This document shows, in pieces, positions 1 to 9,492 of a stretch of 64,000 nucleotides of DNA (the stretch's first letter is position 1; each line of letters starts with the position of its first letter). A model generated the notes under the pieces. It made no database searches. It was not told the origin of the DNA and saw only the letters and a list, made by a program, of their open reading frames with translations. The stretch lies in IMG/VR virus record IMGVR_UViG_3300005805_000064, positions 21,268 to 85,267 of that record. The stretch is one strand, 5' to 3'. A program made the position numbers and the translations under genes. Origin of the DNA: a virus. Taxonomy: Duplodnaviria > Caudoviricetes.

Positions 1-3000
1 TATCAACAGATTCATGGGGATCATCTAATGTGAAGTCAAGACCTACGCCAGTGTTATTCAATGTCAACTTCTTGTTATATGCGATCATGGCTTGGTGACC
101 ATATACAAGCCCGTTTAACGGGTTCTTGGCTGTGAAGATGTAATGCTTGGGTATCTGCAATCTATCTGGTTGCCAGTTGAAATCGAACTTCTCATCGATC
201 TTGAGTTTAGCGAATACTGTAAACATCCAGGGTGTACTGCTTGCTTGTGCTGCGGCATGATATGCTGCTACACGACCATTCACACCATCTACTCTCACTA
301 CCTTGTTAGGCAGATGTTTAGTGATCTTCAACAAATGTTGATAGTTCTCTTCTGCGCAACTTTCACCATTGCTCAAGAAAACGATATCTAATGGTTTTGA
401 TTTAGCGACCCTCTTCGCTTTAGTTATATAAGGATAATCATATAATTCGTTATCCACATATAGTTTCGCTTCTTTTGGTAGTGCAAGAACTGTGCCACCT
501 GTGGTCAATATCTCAATATTCTTAGTATGATCTGCCCATAAACACACAGGTTCATCATAGTTCACCGTTATGTCCTTGTTGTCTGCTGTCTTAAAGATAG
601 CATACGGGAAGTCATAATCTGTCTTGACCGCATCGATATTAGTGTCATGGTCTAACACGAACTCGGGCGCAGGTAATCTCTTTGTCCTGATATGATTGTT
701 ATAATTGATCTTATCATAATCTTCTAACAGATTCATGTCATCGATCAAACTCTTTAATTTGTTGACATCGACTAAGAATGTGTCGCCGAACTTCTGCTTG
801 TCGCTAGGGAACACATGTAGATTCTCTTTAGCGAATGGATCGCAGATATATGTCATATCGAAATTCTGATAATCGCACACAGAACTGCATACCCAGATAT
901 AATTTTCTTTGTTGGGTTTTACCTTCAACGATATGTCGCGCAATGTCTCAAGGTAACTCTTTCTATATGGCACTACATGTACAGTCTTACCCGTAGACTT
1001 AGATAATAATTGCTCTTTGATCTTGTCTGTTTCATTATTACCATGATCTATAAGATAGATATCGTACAAGCAATTCGTTGCCTTAGCAGCACGGTTCTTG
1101 ACAAAGTTAAGATTGCTTAGATGCTCTATGATCTTGATGTACTTGGTGTCTTCAGGAAATGTGTCTTTGTTCAGCAAGTATGTGGTTCCCCAATGGCTCC
1201 ACTGTGTGCCAAATATATGAACCATCTTCAATTGCCAAGGGTTAGGATAATACTTGAAGTCAAAGTTACTGTAATCAAGTTCGCTGTTCAATATCCATGC
1301 TAACTGTGTAGTGCTTCTATTCAAGCAACGATAGATCGTGTCTACCCAACTATTGAGATAGCGTGTCTTTTGTATGTTAGGGAATCTTTCTTGCAACTTC
1401 TCAAATCTTTCTTTAGCCTCGGCATTGCCGCGGTCGATCATGAAGATATCTGGCTGTATGAACAAGTCGGCTAGATATTCGTTCTCTGCTTTGACATCGC
1501 CCGTGACGAAATTATACTGAGTGAAGCCTTGCTTATATAGTTTGCTGTTGACGAAATATGTTTGTGTCTCTTTCGCTTCAGGGCTACCGAATACATGAAC
1601 GAATCTTGCCTGTTCAATATTTGGACGCCAACTGAAATTGAAATTGCTGTAATTAATGTTCTTGTTCAACGCCCAGAACAATTCATCTGTGTGTTCATCT
1701 ATCAAGTCTTCAAGTGTGGTCTGTATATAATACTTAGGAATCTCTACGAACTCACTACGGTGTTTCTTTGTCACACGCTGTAGTTTGATGATCTCACCGT
1801 TGTTCTTTTTAGTTTTGTATATAGGGCCATCTGTATCATCGAACAATGTGCCGAACTGATAGATATATGGCGGGCTACCGGGATTAGGTCTCCAACTGAA
1901 ATCAAAGTCATCAGTATTGATATTTTCTGGTATGACCCAATTGGTCATATCGCTCACTACTTCTGCCGTGATATCATGTATGTACTTTTTCTCAGTAGCA
2001 TTCTTGACATGATACTCTAATGTTGGTTCTACTTCGCCACTGTTCCACTGATTGCCGAACACATAGATATAGGGAGGACTAGTAGGATCAGGTCTCCAAC
2101 TATAGTCAAAATCACTTCTGACTTTGATCAACTCACGCCACTTGTTGTAATCAGGTAATACATGCGCAGTTTGCGGCATATACTTACGCTGTGTAGCACC
2201 CTTGACATGATATTCTAATGTAGGTTCTATCTCAGCACTATTCCACTGATTACCGAACACATAGATATAAGGCTCGTCATGTGGATCAGGTACCCAACTA
2301 TAATCGAAACTTGTGCGATCTACAGGTATGATCTCTGTGAATCGATCATAGTTCTGTGCTAACTGTGCTACGAATGAATTGTCATACTTGTAATCAGTAG
2401 CGCCGCTGACCCTGTACAATATAGTAGGCATCTTTTCTGCTGGATACTGAGTGTTACCGAAAGCATAGATATAAGGTTGTTCTTTGGGGTTCGGTCTCCA
2501 ACTAAAGTCAAAACTTTCTTCAACGATAGGATGCAATATCTTATAGTTATTCTTGTTAGGCAATACGGTAGCAACAATGTCCTCTATATACTTGTATTCA
2601 GTAGCGCCGGGCACATGATATTCTAATGTAGGTTCTACGCTGGCTAAGTTCCATTGATTACCAAACACATAGATATATGGCGGAGCCTTAGGATCAGGCA
2701 CCCAACCAAAATCAAAATCTGATTTGTCTACTGGTATCTTTTCTACCCAGTGTGTCATGTTAGTTGCTAACTTGGCTTTGACATCATCGACATACTTGAT
2801 CTCAGTAGCATTCTCTACGACATAACGAACAGTAGGCATGACTTCGCCGGGATACTGAGTATTACCGAACACATAAATGAATGGATCATCGTATGGGTCA
2901 GGACGCCAGCTAAAGTCGAACTCACTTTCTACTATAGGTATCAATATCTCAAACTTACTTTTGTCTTGTGCGACCTTAGCGATGATATCATGCACATACT

Positions 3001-6000
3001 TTATCTCAGTGGCACCAGGCACATGATATTCAACTGTAGGTTCTTTCTCTGCTCTATTCCATTGATTACCGAACACATAGATATATGGTGGTGCTTCGGG
3101 ATGCGGTACCCAACTGAAATCAAAACTATCAGGTTCTAATCTTATCTTTACTTTAAAATTCTTAGTATCAACTAATGTCTTTGCTTGTATGCCTTTGATA
3201 TATTTCTTTTGAGTAGCATTATGTGTATGATATACAGGACCTCCTACATCATTCCATATCGTAGCAAACTCATAGTCATATGGCTCTTCTGTATTATCAG
3301 GATGCCAACTAAAATCAAAACTATCAACATCTATGTTGCTAGGAATAGTCCAGTTAGTCTTATCAGATAGTTTGATAGCATATTGAACATCGACATATTT
3401 TGTCTCAGTAGCACCTTCGACAACATATCTAGGACCATTAGTCTTTTGATGTTGCGTACCAAACTCATATATGAACGCAGGTTCAGTATCGTCTGGATGC
3501 CAACTAAAATCAAACTGTGAAACATCTAAACCTTCAGGTATCACATAATTTTTGATATCAGGCAGTCTAACTGCTCTCTGACTATCAATATACTTGACTT
3601 CTGTGGCTCCTTCAACCGTATATGTAGGTCCGCCTGTCTTCTGCCATTGTGTACCGAACTGATAGATATATGGCGGGCTACCCGGATCGGGCAACCATTC
3701 GAAATCGAATTTATCTAAATCTATATTATTGTCATATCTCCATTTAGTCATGTCAGCAAATGTCTTTGCTACAACTTCGTTCACATATTTTAATTCCGTA
3801 GCACCCGGCACTACATATTTTACTGTGGGCATGATCTCAGCACTATACTGCTCATTGCCGAACACATAGATATATGGCTGTTCTGTATTATCAGGATGCC
3901 AACTATAATCAAAACTTTTGATTTTTATATCACATAACTGCCAATATATAGATGTAGGTTTAGCGATTGCCTTATCGCTGTACATGTATTTGATCTCACT
4001 AGCACCTTCTACAACATATCTAGGACCGCCGTTCTTTTGATGCTGTGTGTTGAACTCGTAGATATAAGGTTGATCATGTGGATTAGGAATCCAACTAAAA
4101 TCAAACTTGCTATCATCAATATTATCAGGTACTATCCAATTTGTTTTATTCTGTGCTAACTTAGCAACGATATCTGTGATATATTTTTCTTTTATAGCAC
4201 CAGGCATACGATATTCAATCGTAGGCATTTGTCTAGCATCATGATGCTGATTACCAAAGATGTAAATGTAAGGTTCTTCGGTATTATCGGGATGCCAACT
4301 GTAATCAAAATCTTCTATCTCATGATCTATTAAAATATTGAAATTGTTTTGATCAGGCAATCTTTTAGCGATTATACCCTCGACAATCTTGACTTCAGTT
4401 GCACCAGGAACGACATATCTTGGTCCACCGTTCTTTTGATGCTGCGTGCCAAACTCATATATGTAGTCAGGCTCCAATGGGTCGGGCCTCCATGTAAAAT
4501 CAAAACTATTTTTGTCTACATTAGCAGGTATATCCCATCGATCATATTCCGGCAATACAACTACATCATCAGTCATGTACTTTATCTCGGTAGCACCGGG
4601 CACAACATATTCAACTGTTGCTTTATACTTGTTACTGATATACTTGTTACCCCAACGATAGATGTAAGGAGGATCATTGGGATTTGGTATCCAACTAAAA
4701 TCAAACTTATTTTCGTCAATTGGCTGAGTGATTATCCAATTGGTTTTATCTATATCTAATGTTGCTACGATGTCTGCGACATACTTGATTTCAACTGCGC
4801 CCGGTACTACATACTGTATAGTAGGCATTTCTTCTGCTTTGTATTGGTTGTTACCAAAAATATAGATATATGGTTGTTCACTGTTATCAGGGTGCCAACT
4901 ATAGTCGAAATCTTTTATCTTTATATTTTGATTCACAAGCCAATTTGTTATGGTGGGCAACGCTCTTGCCTGTTGACTATCAATATATTTGATTTCAGAT
5001 GCGCCGGGGACAACATATCTAGGACCACCTGTTCTCTGCCACTGCGTGCCGAACTCATAGATATAAGGAGGGTCTTTAGGATGGGGTACCCAGCCAAAGT
5101 CAAACGCGGATATATCGATATTTTCATTAACATGCCAACATTCAGGCTTAATTCCTATCTTAGCCTTGATAGTGTCGATATATTTGTATTCACTGGCGCC
5201 TTCTACAACATATTGTAGCGTCGGCATAATCTCACCTGAATAGTGCTGATTGCCAAACACATAGATATAAGGCTGTTCACTACTATCAGGATGCCAACTA
5301 TAATCGAAATCTTCTACAGGAAAATCTGTAACAACAGTGAATCTATCTTTTTGCGGCATATGCTTCACGGATTGTGAATCAATATACTTGATCTCACTAG
5401 CACCTTCTATGATATATCTTGGTCCATTTGTCTTTTGATGTTGCGTGCCAAACTCATAGATATAAGGTGGGTCGTTCGGATTAGGCTCCCAACTATAATC
5501 AAAGGTCTCATCATCGACACTAGAAGGTACTGACCAGTTCGTCATGCATGGCTTACGGACTACACGGTCGTTCATGTATTTGTACTGAGTGGCGCCCTCT
5601 ACTTTATAGGCTACGCTTACTTTGTCTCTTGGATCATTATGCTGATTACCCCATGCATATATGTAAGGCGGTGCACCTGGATCTGGTCGCCATGTGTAAT
5701 CCATGCCTGTGCAATCTTCATATATCTCAAATAACTCAGGCTTTGACTTTAATCTTGCATACCATGCGTTGTCAATATACTTTCTTTCAATCGCGCCTTC
5801 TACATGATATTCAATAGTAGGCATCTCTTCAGCACGGTAATGCTGGTTACCCCATACATAGATATAAGGCGGATGTGTGGGGTCCGGGACCCAGGCCCAG
5901 TCAAAACTATTATCATCTACATCATGTATTATTTTGTAATTATTTTTATTAGGTTTTAATTCTACAAATTTCTCCATGTACTTGTAGTCTGTAGCCCCGG

Positions 6001-6469
6001 GCACACGATATTCTATAGCAGGCTTGTGCGTAGCAGGAAAATATCTACAACCCCAGGCATAGATATAGGGAGGATCGGTTGGGTCCGGGTACCAACTGAA
6101 ATCAAACAACTTCTCATCGACATCATAATTTAATACCCAATTGTCAGACTTGCTCTCAGTCCTTAACAGTTGAGGAACATCTTGTCTGTATATTATATTA
6201 CCGCCAGACTCTTTAGCACATAGCCAAGTACCGCTATCTTTATTATGCTGGCTGGGCCATACATTATCATGCTCGCCGGTCCATACTTGGTCGTCTGGTA
6301 AAAATTCAAAATCGAAATCCCAATCGAAACCTGTATAGTCGCAGAACTCGTTGACTATCCAAAAATGTTCAGTCGTTGCTAGTAATCTTGCTTCTTCTAA
6401 ATTTTTAGCAGGCTGTTCTAATGGATGAACATTGGGTTTTTTGCCGAAGTAGAATACATCTCTTAACAT
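1..6469 (-). CDS. Giant repeat protein (>2156 aa, runs off the left edge, absent from the ORF track): degenerate GT-A-like N-module, 22 tandem ~67-aa repeats, then three degenerate GT-A-like modules
   Basis: Manual translation. ATG at 6469 (MLRDVFYFGKKPNVHP...). The same frame is open where I translated it in register at 4142-4312, 1022-1500 and 2-460 (...PLDIVFLSNGE...VDGVNGRVAAYHAAAQASSTPWMFTVFAKL...NPLNGLVYGHQAMIAYNKK...), and the repeat motif reads through the stretches between. No stop before position 1, which explains why the track omits it. I did not check every codon in register. Confidence 0.9.
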   Translation of the reverse strand, partial: MLRDVFYFGKKPNVHPLEQPAKNLEEARLLATTEHFWIVNEFCDYTGFDWDFDFEFLPDDQVWTGEHDNVWPSQHNKDSGTWLCAKESGGNIIYRQDVPQLLRTESKSDNWVLNYDVDEKLFDFSWYPDPTDPPYIYAWGCRYFPATHKPAIEYRVPGATDYKYMEKFVELKPNKNNYKIIHDVDDNSFDWAWVPDPTHPPYIYVWGNQHYRAEEMPTIEYHVEGAIERKYIDNAWYARLKSKPELFEIYEDCTGMDYTWRPDPGAPPYIYAWGNQHNDPRDKVSVAYKVEGATQYKYMNDRVVRKPCMTNWSVPSSVDDETFDYSWEPNPNDPPYIYEFGTQHQKTNGPRYIIEGASEIKYIDSQSVKHMPQKDRFTVVTDFPVEDFDYSWHPDSSEQPYIYVFGNQHYSGEIMPTLQYVVEGASEYKYIDTIKAKIGIKPECWHVNENIDISAFDFGWVPHPKDPPYIYEFGTQWQRTGGPRYVVPGASEIKYIDSQQARALPTITNWLVNQNIKIKDFDYSWHPDNSEQPYIYIFGNNQYKAEEMPTIQYVVPGAVEIKYVADIVATLDIDKTNWIITQPIDENKFDFSWIPNPNDPPYIYRWGNKYISNKYKATVEYVVPGATEIKYMTDDVVVLPEYDRWDIPANVDKNSFDFTWRPDPLEPDYIYEFGTQHQKNGGPRYVVPGATEVKIVEGIIAKRLPDQNNFNILIDHEIEDFDYSWHPDNTEEPYIYIFGNQHHDARQMPTIEYRMPGAIKEKYITDIVAKLAQNKTNWIVPDNIDDSKFDFSWIPNPHDQPYIYEFNTQHQKNGGPRYVVEGASEIKYMYSDKAIAKPTSIYWQLCDIKIKSFDYSWHPDNTEQPYIYVFGNEQYSAEIMPTVKYVVPGATELKYVNEVVAKTFADMTKWRYDNNIDLDKFDFEWLPDPGSPPYIYQFGTQWQKTGGPTYTVEGATEVKYIDSQRAVRLPDIKNYVIPEGLDVSQFDFSWHPDDTEPAFIYEFGTQHQKTNGPRYVVEGATETKYVDVQYAIKLSDKTNWTIPSNIDVDSFDFSWHPDNTEEPYDYEFATIWNDVGGPVYHTHNATQKKYIKGIQAKTLVDTKNFKVKIRLEPDSFDFSWVPHPEAPPYIYVFGNQWNRAEKEPTVEYHVPGATEIKYVHDIIAKVAQDKSKFEILIPIVESEFDFSWRPDPYDDPFIYVFGNTQYPGEVMPTVRYVVENATEIKYVDDVKAKLATNMTHWVEKIPVDKSDFDFGWVPDPKAPPYIYVFGNQWNLASVEPTLEYHVPGATEYKYIEDIVATVLPNKNNYKILHPIVEESFDFSWRPNPKEQPYIYAFGNTQYPAEKMPTILYRVSGATDYKYDNSFVAQLAQNYDRFTEIIPVDRTSFDYSWVPDPHDEPYIYVFGNQWNSAEIEPTLEYHVKGATQRKYMPQTAHVLPDYNKWRELIKVRSDFDYSWRPDPTSPPYIYVFGNQWNSGEVEPTLEYHVKNATEKKYIHDITAEVVSDMTNWVIPENINTDDFDFSWRPNPGSPPYIYQFGTLFDDTDGPIYKTKKNNGEIIKLQRVTKKHRSEFVEIPKYYIQTTLEDLIDEHTDELFWALNKNINYSNFNFSWRPNIEQARFVHVFGSPEAKETQTYFVNSKLYKQGFTQYNFVTGDVKAENEYLADLFIQPDIFMIDRGNAEAKERFEKLQERFPNIQKTRYLNSWVDTIYRCLNRSTTQLAWILNSELDYSNFDFKYYPNPWQLKMVHIFGTQWSHWGTTYLLNKDTFPEDTKYIKIIEHLSNLNFVKNRAAKATNCLYDIYLIDHGNNETDKIKEQLLSKSTGKTVHVVPYRKSYLETLRDISLKVKPNKENYIWVCSSVCDYQNFDMTYICDPFAKENLHVFPSDKQKFGDTFLVDVNKLKSLIDDMNLLEDYDKINYNNHIRTKRLPAPEFVLDHDTNIDAVKTDYDFPYAIFKTADNKDITVNYDEPVCLWADHTKNIEILTTGGTVLALPKEAKLYVDNELYDYPYITKAKRVAKSKPLDIVFLSNGESCAEENYQHLLKITKHLPNKVVRVDGVNGRVAAYHAAAQASSTPWMFTVFAKLKIDEKFDFNWQPDRLQIPKHYIFTAKNPLNGLVYGHQAMIAYNKKLTLNNTGVGLDFTLDDPHESVD
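1800..6130 (-). repeat. 22 intragenic tandem repeats, ~200-bp period, consensus FD(F/Y)SWxPDPxxxPYIYxFG(NQW/TQH)...Y.VxGAxExKY
   Basis: The FDFSW-encoding motif (forward strand ccaact..aatcaaa-like) recurs at about 6105, 5900, 5695, 5495, 5300, 5095, 4900, 4700, 4495, 4300, 4100, 3905, 3700, 3505, 3310, 3115, 2910, 2710, 2505, 2300, 2100 and 1900. The copies are diverged at the DNA level and conserved at the protein level. Confidence 0.9.
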
Positions 6470-6474
6470 GCATT

Positions 6475-6482
6475 TACTTATT
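6475..6482 (-). promoter_or_regulatory. Possible late-promoter variant ATAAGTA, 5 nt upstream of the repeat-protein ATG
   Basis: The minus strand reads AATAAGTA-AATGC-ATG. This is one mismatch to ATAAATA, with the same 5-nt spacing as at the gp25-like gene. Confidence 0.4.
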
Positions 6483-7130
6483 TCATAATTTTATTTGGAA
6501 ATAATTATTTGCACATTCATGTAATGAATTATTTTGTATAAACTTAGTTAAAAAAGATGCAAGTAGCATGTTTTCATATGGACTAAAATGATTCGGGCTT
6601 GAATCACAATTAACCCAATTTTTGCGGGACTTGATACCTAGTCTTCTACTTAATGAAAATAGATCCGGTTTAAACTTTGTACCATTTAATTCTGACGATA
6701 TTATTTCAGTATCCTTAAAACAAAACAAGTGTATCACATTTTTATCAGCAACAATGTTGTTTAGTTCGTTAAACCATTGCAGCATAGCCCATTGATTCAC
6801 TTTTTCATTGTAAACATGTTTAAGATAAAACTCTCTTATTTCATTTTTTAAAGAGATACTTTCATCTGATCCAAAATAGGTTCGTTTGTCCCCTAACATC
6901 CTAGATTGTTCAGTATGACAAAATACGAATAAGTCTGTATTATTGAACTTTGTTCTGTGCTGATTTTTATATTGTATTAAATCTAATCTGCTAGGCCACC
7001 AAGAACAACCAGGAAAACCTTCTCCTGTTAATTCATATCCTAGATTGTTGGCTAGAATCAAGGGCCAATGCTCAGTCGGGCTAGTTCTATTAAAACAAAA
7101 ACTATCACCGGTTATATAGATATATTTCAA
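6483..7130 (-). CDS. SGNH/GDSL hydrolase-like protein
   Basis: N-terminal YITGDSF (block I Ser), GxS-type block II (GFPGCSW) and C-terminal PNHFS His motif. Confidence 0.65.
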   Translation of the reverse strand: MKYIYITGDSFCFNRTSPTEHWPLILANNLGYELTGEGFPGCSWWPSRLDLIQYKNQHRTKFNNTDLFVFCHTEQSRMLGDKRTYFGSDESISLKNEIREFYLKHVYNEKVNQWAMLQWFNELNNIVADKNVIHLFCFKDTEIISSELNGTKFKPDLFSLSRRLGIKSRKNWVNCDSSPNHFSPYENMLLASFLTKFIQNNSLHECANNYFQIKL

Positions 7131-8608
7131 CTTACTACCTTTAAATCGTACAATTTTTCAAATCTGTCAGCGTCACTACGATCATTGACCATTGGCTCGC
7201 CGCGTATATTCAATGATGTATTGAGCAACATTGGACAGCCTGTTTTCTTATACCATTTTTCTAAGAGTTGTCGTATCCCAGATCGATCTTCTGGAACAGT
7301 CTGTACACGGCTAGTCCCGTCATGATGAACAATAGCGGGATAAAGGTCAGGACGCTTGCAAGTAGCGATGACCTGCATATACCTACTATCATTCCAATTA
7401 ACAGGCATATCGAAATATTGATGTACATACTCCTCAAGAATGACTGGAGCAAAGGGTCTAAATTTTTGTCTTCGTTTGATTTCATTGACTTTATCCTTTA
7501 TCTCGGGTCCTCGAGGATCAGCCAATAAACTACGGTTGCCTAATGCGCGAGGCCCGAATTCTGCTCTTCCGCTAGCAACACCTACCATCTTGTTCTTCTT
7601 AAGTTCTTTGATAACTTTATCTACGGGATATGGACCTGCTATCTCATGACCTAAGAATGCGTCAGTCCAATTTATCTTTCTGCCATAACCCAATGCTGCT
7701 GCACCTAGGCTGTTACCTGCATCGCCCGGGTTAGGCATGATCCATATATCTTTAAAATATTTACCTAGCAATCGATTAGCGAGGCAGTTTAGTGCCACAC
7801 CACCGCCATAAACTAAGTTTTTGCTGCTACCTAATCTAAATGCTTTATGCATGACCTTCTCTATCAAAGTCTCGCACACTAACTGTGCGCTGCTTGCTAT
7901 GTCCATGTCATCTGCTTTAGTTAAAAAATTATTAGGTTCGAGCCCTATGTGTAGGTTGTGTCTAAAATCTAACTCAAATAAATCAGACATATAATGACTG
8001 ACGATTCTGTTGGCATGGCTAGGTTTACCATATGCAGCCATTCCCATTAGGATATATTCTTCTTCGTTAGGTTTTAATCCAACACGCTGTGTCATGGCAC
8101 TATAAAATAGACCTATACTATTAGGATACTTCTTGCTCCACAACTTAGTATAGTGCGCAGTACCATTCTTGTCATAACATGCATCCCATATGCTGATGCA
8201 ATCCATCTCACCTATAGCATCGATGATGACTACAGTGGCATGATCAAAGGGACTAGTCTGAAATCCTGCTGCGGCATGTGACTTATGATGAACATGAGTC
8301 TGTATAGGTCTGTCCCCTAACAGATCACATAGTTCAGAACCTATGATTCTCTTGACACTTAGCGGGCTTATAGTTTGTCCAGCGCGCCATTGCCTATAAG
8401 CCTTTAACCATGGTTTCTCATAATAGTTCAGTTTATAGGTCTCACCTGCATAGGATAATGCATCCTTGATGAGTCCTTCACAAAGGTTCTCGTCATGCTT
8501 CTTTTTGCTATATCTCTCGCTATGTCCGGCAAACAGTATATTGCCATCGTCTGAGATAACGCTCAAAGCAGCATCATGAAATCCCGCGCTTATACCTATA
8601 TGATTCAT
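7127..8608 (-). CDS. O-carbamoyltransferase, NodU/CmcH/TobZ family (Kae1-like plus YrdC-like domains). Probable start is MNHIGIS at 8608 rather than 8641.
   Basis: Family motifs GISAGFHDAA, HHKSHAAAGF, IDAIGE, SIGLFY, EYILMGMAAYG, GGVALNCLAN, PGDAGNSLG, GRAEFGPRALGNRS, KRRQKFRPFAP, HHDGTSRVQTV and LNTSLN. The ATG at 8608 forms an ATGA overlap with the upstream stop. Confidence 0.95.
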   Translation of the reverse strand: MNHIGISAGFHDAALSVISDDGNILFAGHSERYSKKKHDENLCEGLIKDALSYAGETYKLNYYEKPWLKAYRQWRAGQTISPLSVKRIIGSELCDLLGDRPIQTHVHHKSHAAAGFQTSPFDHATVVIIDAIGEMDCISIWDACYDKNGTAHYTKLWSKKYPNSIGLFYSAMTQRVGLKPNEEEYILMGMAAYGKPSHANRIVSHYMSDLFELDFRHNLHIGLEPNNFLTKADDMDIASSAQLVCETLIEKVMHKAFRLGSSKNLVYGGGVALNCLANRLLGKYFKDIWIMPNPGDAGNSLGAAALGYGRKINWTDAFLGHEIAGPYPVDKVIKELKKNKMVGVASGRAEFGPRALGNRSLLADPRGPEIKDKVNEIKRRQKFRPFAPVILEEYVHQYFDMPVNWNDSRYMQVIATCKRPDLYPAIVHHDGTSRVQTVPEDRSGIRQLLEKWYKKTGCPMLLNTSLNIRGEPMVNDRSDADRFEKLYDLKVVS

Positions 8609-9486
8609 TGACAAACTACACCTTCTATTTGATCTGCCCAATATTTATGATGGTTGATACCGGGATGTGATCTATCTCTAGCCAAATCTAAATTTGTTTC
8701 TATATCTTCAGGACTAGTCCACTCCGGCAAAAGAGTAATATGTTCGAATTTCATTAATTTCATCATTTGATAAGTGGGCCTATCCCAGGATGATATGAAT
8801 GTTTTTATGTCTTTAAGTTTAGACAAATAATCTAGATTATATATGTCGTCCTTCATTCTTCTTATTAATTCTGGTTCGGGAGTATATTTGAAGTATGACT
8901 TTGTTTGTATGTTATAATCCTCTAAATCTTTTTCTTGTTGCATTAACAAATTACATAACTTTATAGACTGGTTATTAATCTTATTAATAGCACACAGTTG
9001 TCTTCCATACGAAGGCATCAAAAATACCGCTCGGTCTATTTTCATATGTCTACTGATTATTGAAAAAACATCGCAAGTTGCTTTTATACTGCTTCCGGAA
9101 ATTCCGAAATTATATGAGTTTAAATTATGTTTTTTTGAAAGAAGCTTATGCCACAATTTATCAGACGGTAACCCTACCCCAAAGGTATAACTACAACCAA
9201 ACGCTGCTAATTCTAAATGACTATTTTGATTTATTTCGATATCTCTAAAACCTAATGAGTTCAGCACATAATCAAAGTCACCATGTTTCCAGTTTTCTGC
9301 ATTATCTTTTTCTGCTACTGTCCACATAGGTACCTGCTTTTTTAATTCACCATTTGCTAATATTAAATCAGGTCTGGCTGTAACCGGAGTATAATTAGAG
9401 AGATAATTTAAACTACACCCGTGTAGGTTTAATTGCAGCAATTCAGTTTGATTCTCAAATCCTACATTCAGTCTTTTTAATGCCAT
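8605..9486 (-). CDS. SGNH hydrolase-like protein
   Basis: LNSLGFRD followed by AAFGCSYTFGVG (block I variant), NFGISGSS (block II) and DRSHPG (DxxH). Confidence 0.7.
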   Translation of the reverse strand: MALKRLNVGFENQTELLQLNLHGCSLNYLSNYTPVTARPDLILANGELKKQVPMWTVAEKDNAENWKHGDFDYVLNSLGFRDIEINQNSHLELAAFGCSYTFGVGLPSDKLWHKLLSKKHNLNSYNFGISGSSIKATCDVFSIISRHMKIDRAVFLMPSYGRQLCAINKINNQSIKLCNLLMQQEKDLEDYNIQTKSYFKYTPEPELIRRMKDDIYNLDYLSKLKDIKTFISSWDRPTYQMMKLMKFEHITLLPEWTSPEDIETNLDLARDRSHPGINHHKYWADQIEGVVCQ

Positions 9487-9492
9487 GTGTAT

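Noticed and set aside
143-5817. Short + strand ORFs and short - strand ORFs in the track (e.g. 4349-4759, 4844-5218, 5548-5817, 2368-2577)
   Set aside because: They are antisense or out-of-frame shadows of the giant repeat ORF (<1-6469). Their recurring similarity just mirrors the repeat.
1800-6130. Regularly spaced ~200-bp repeats as a CRISPR array or DGR template/variable repeats
   Set aside because: The units are not identical at the DNA level, vary at synonymous positions, preserve one reading frame and have no unique spacers. No cas or reverse transcriptase gene is visible.
7127-8641. Track start at 8641 for the carbamoyltransferase and 20210 for the rSAM at 18999
   Set aside because: Downstream ATGs (8608 and 20177) give the expected family N-termini and the short overlaps typical of this operon.
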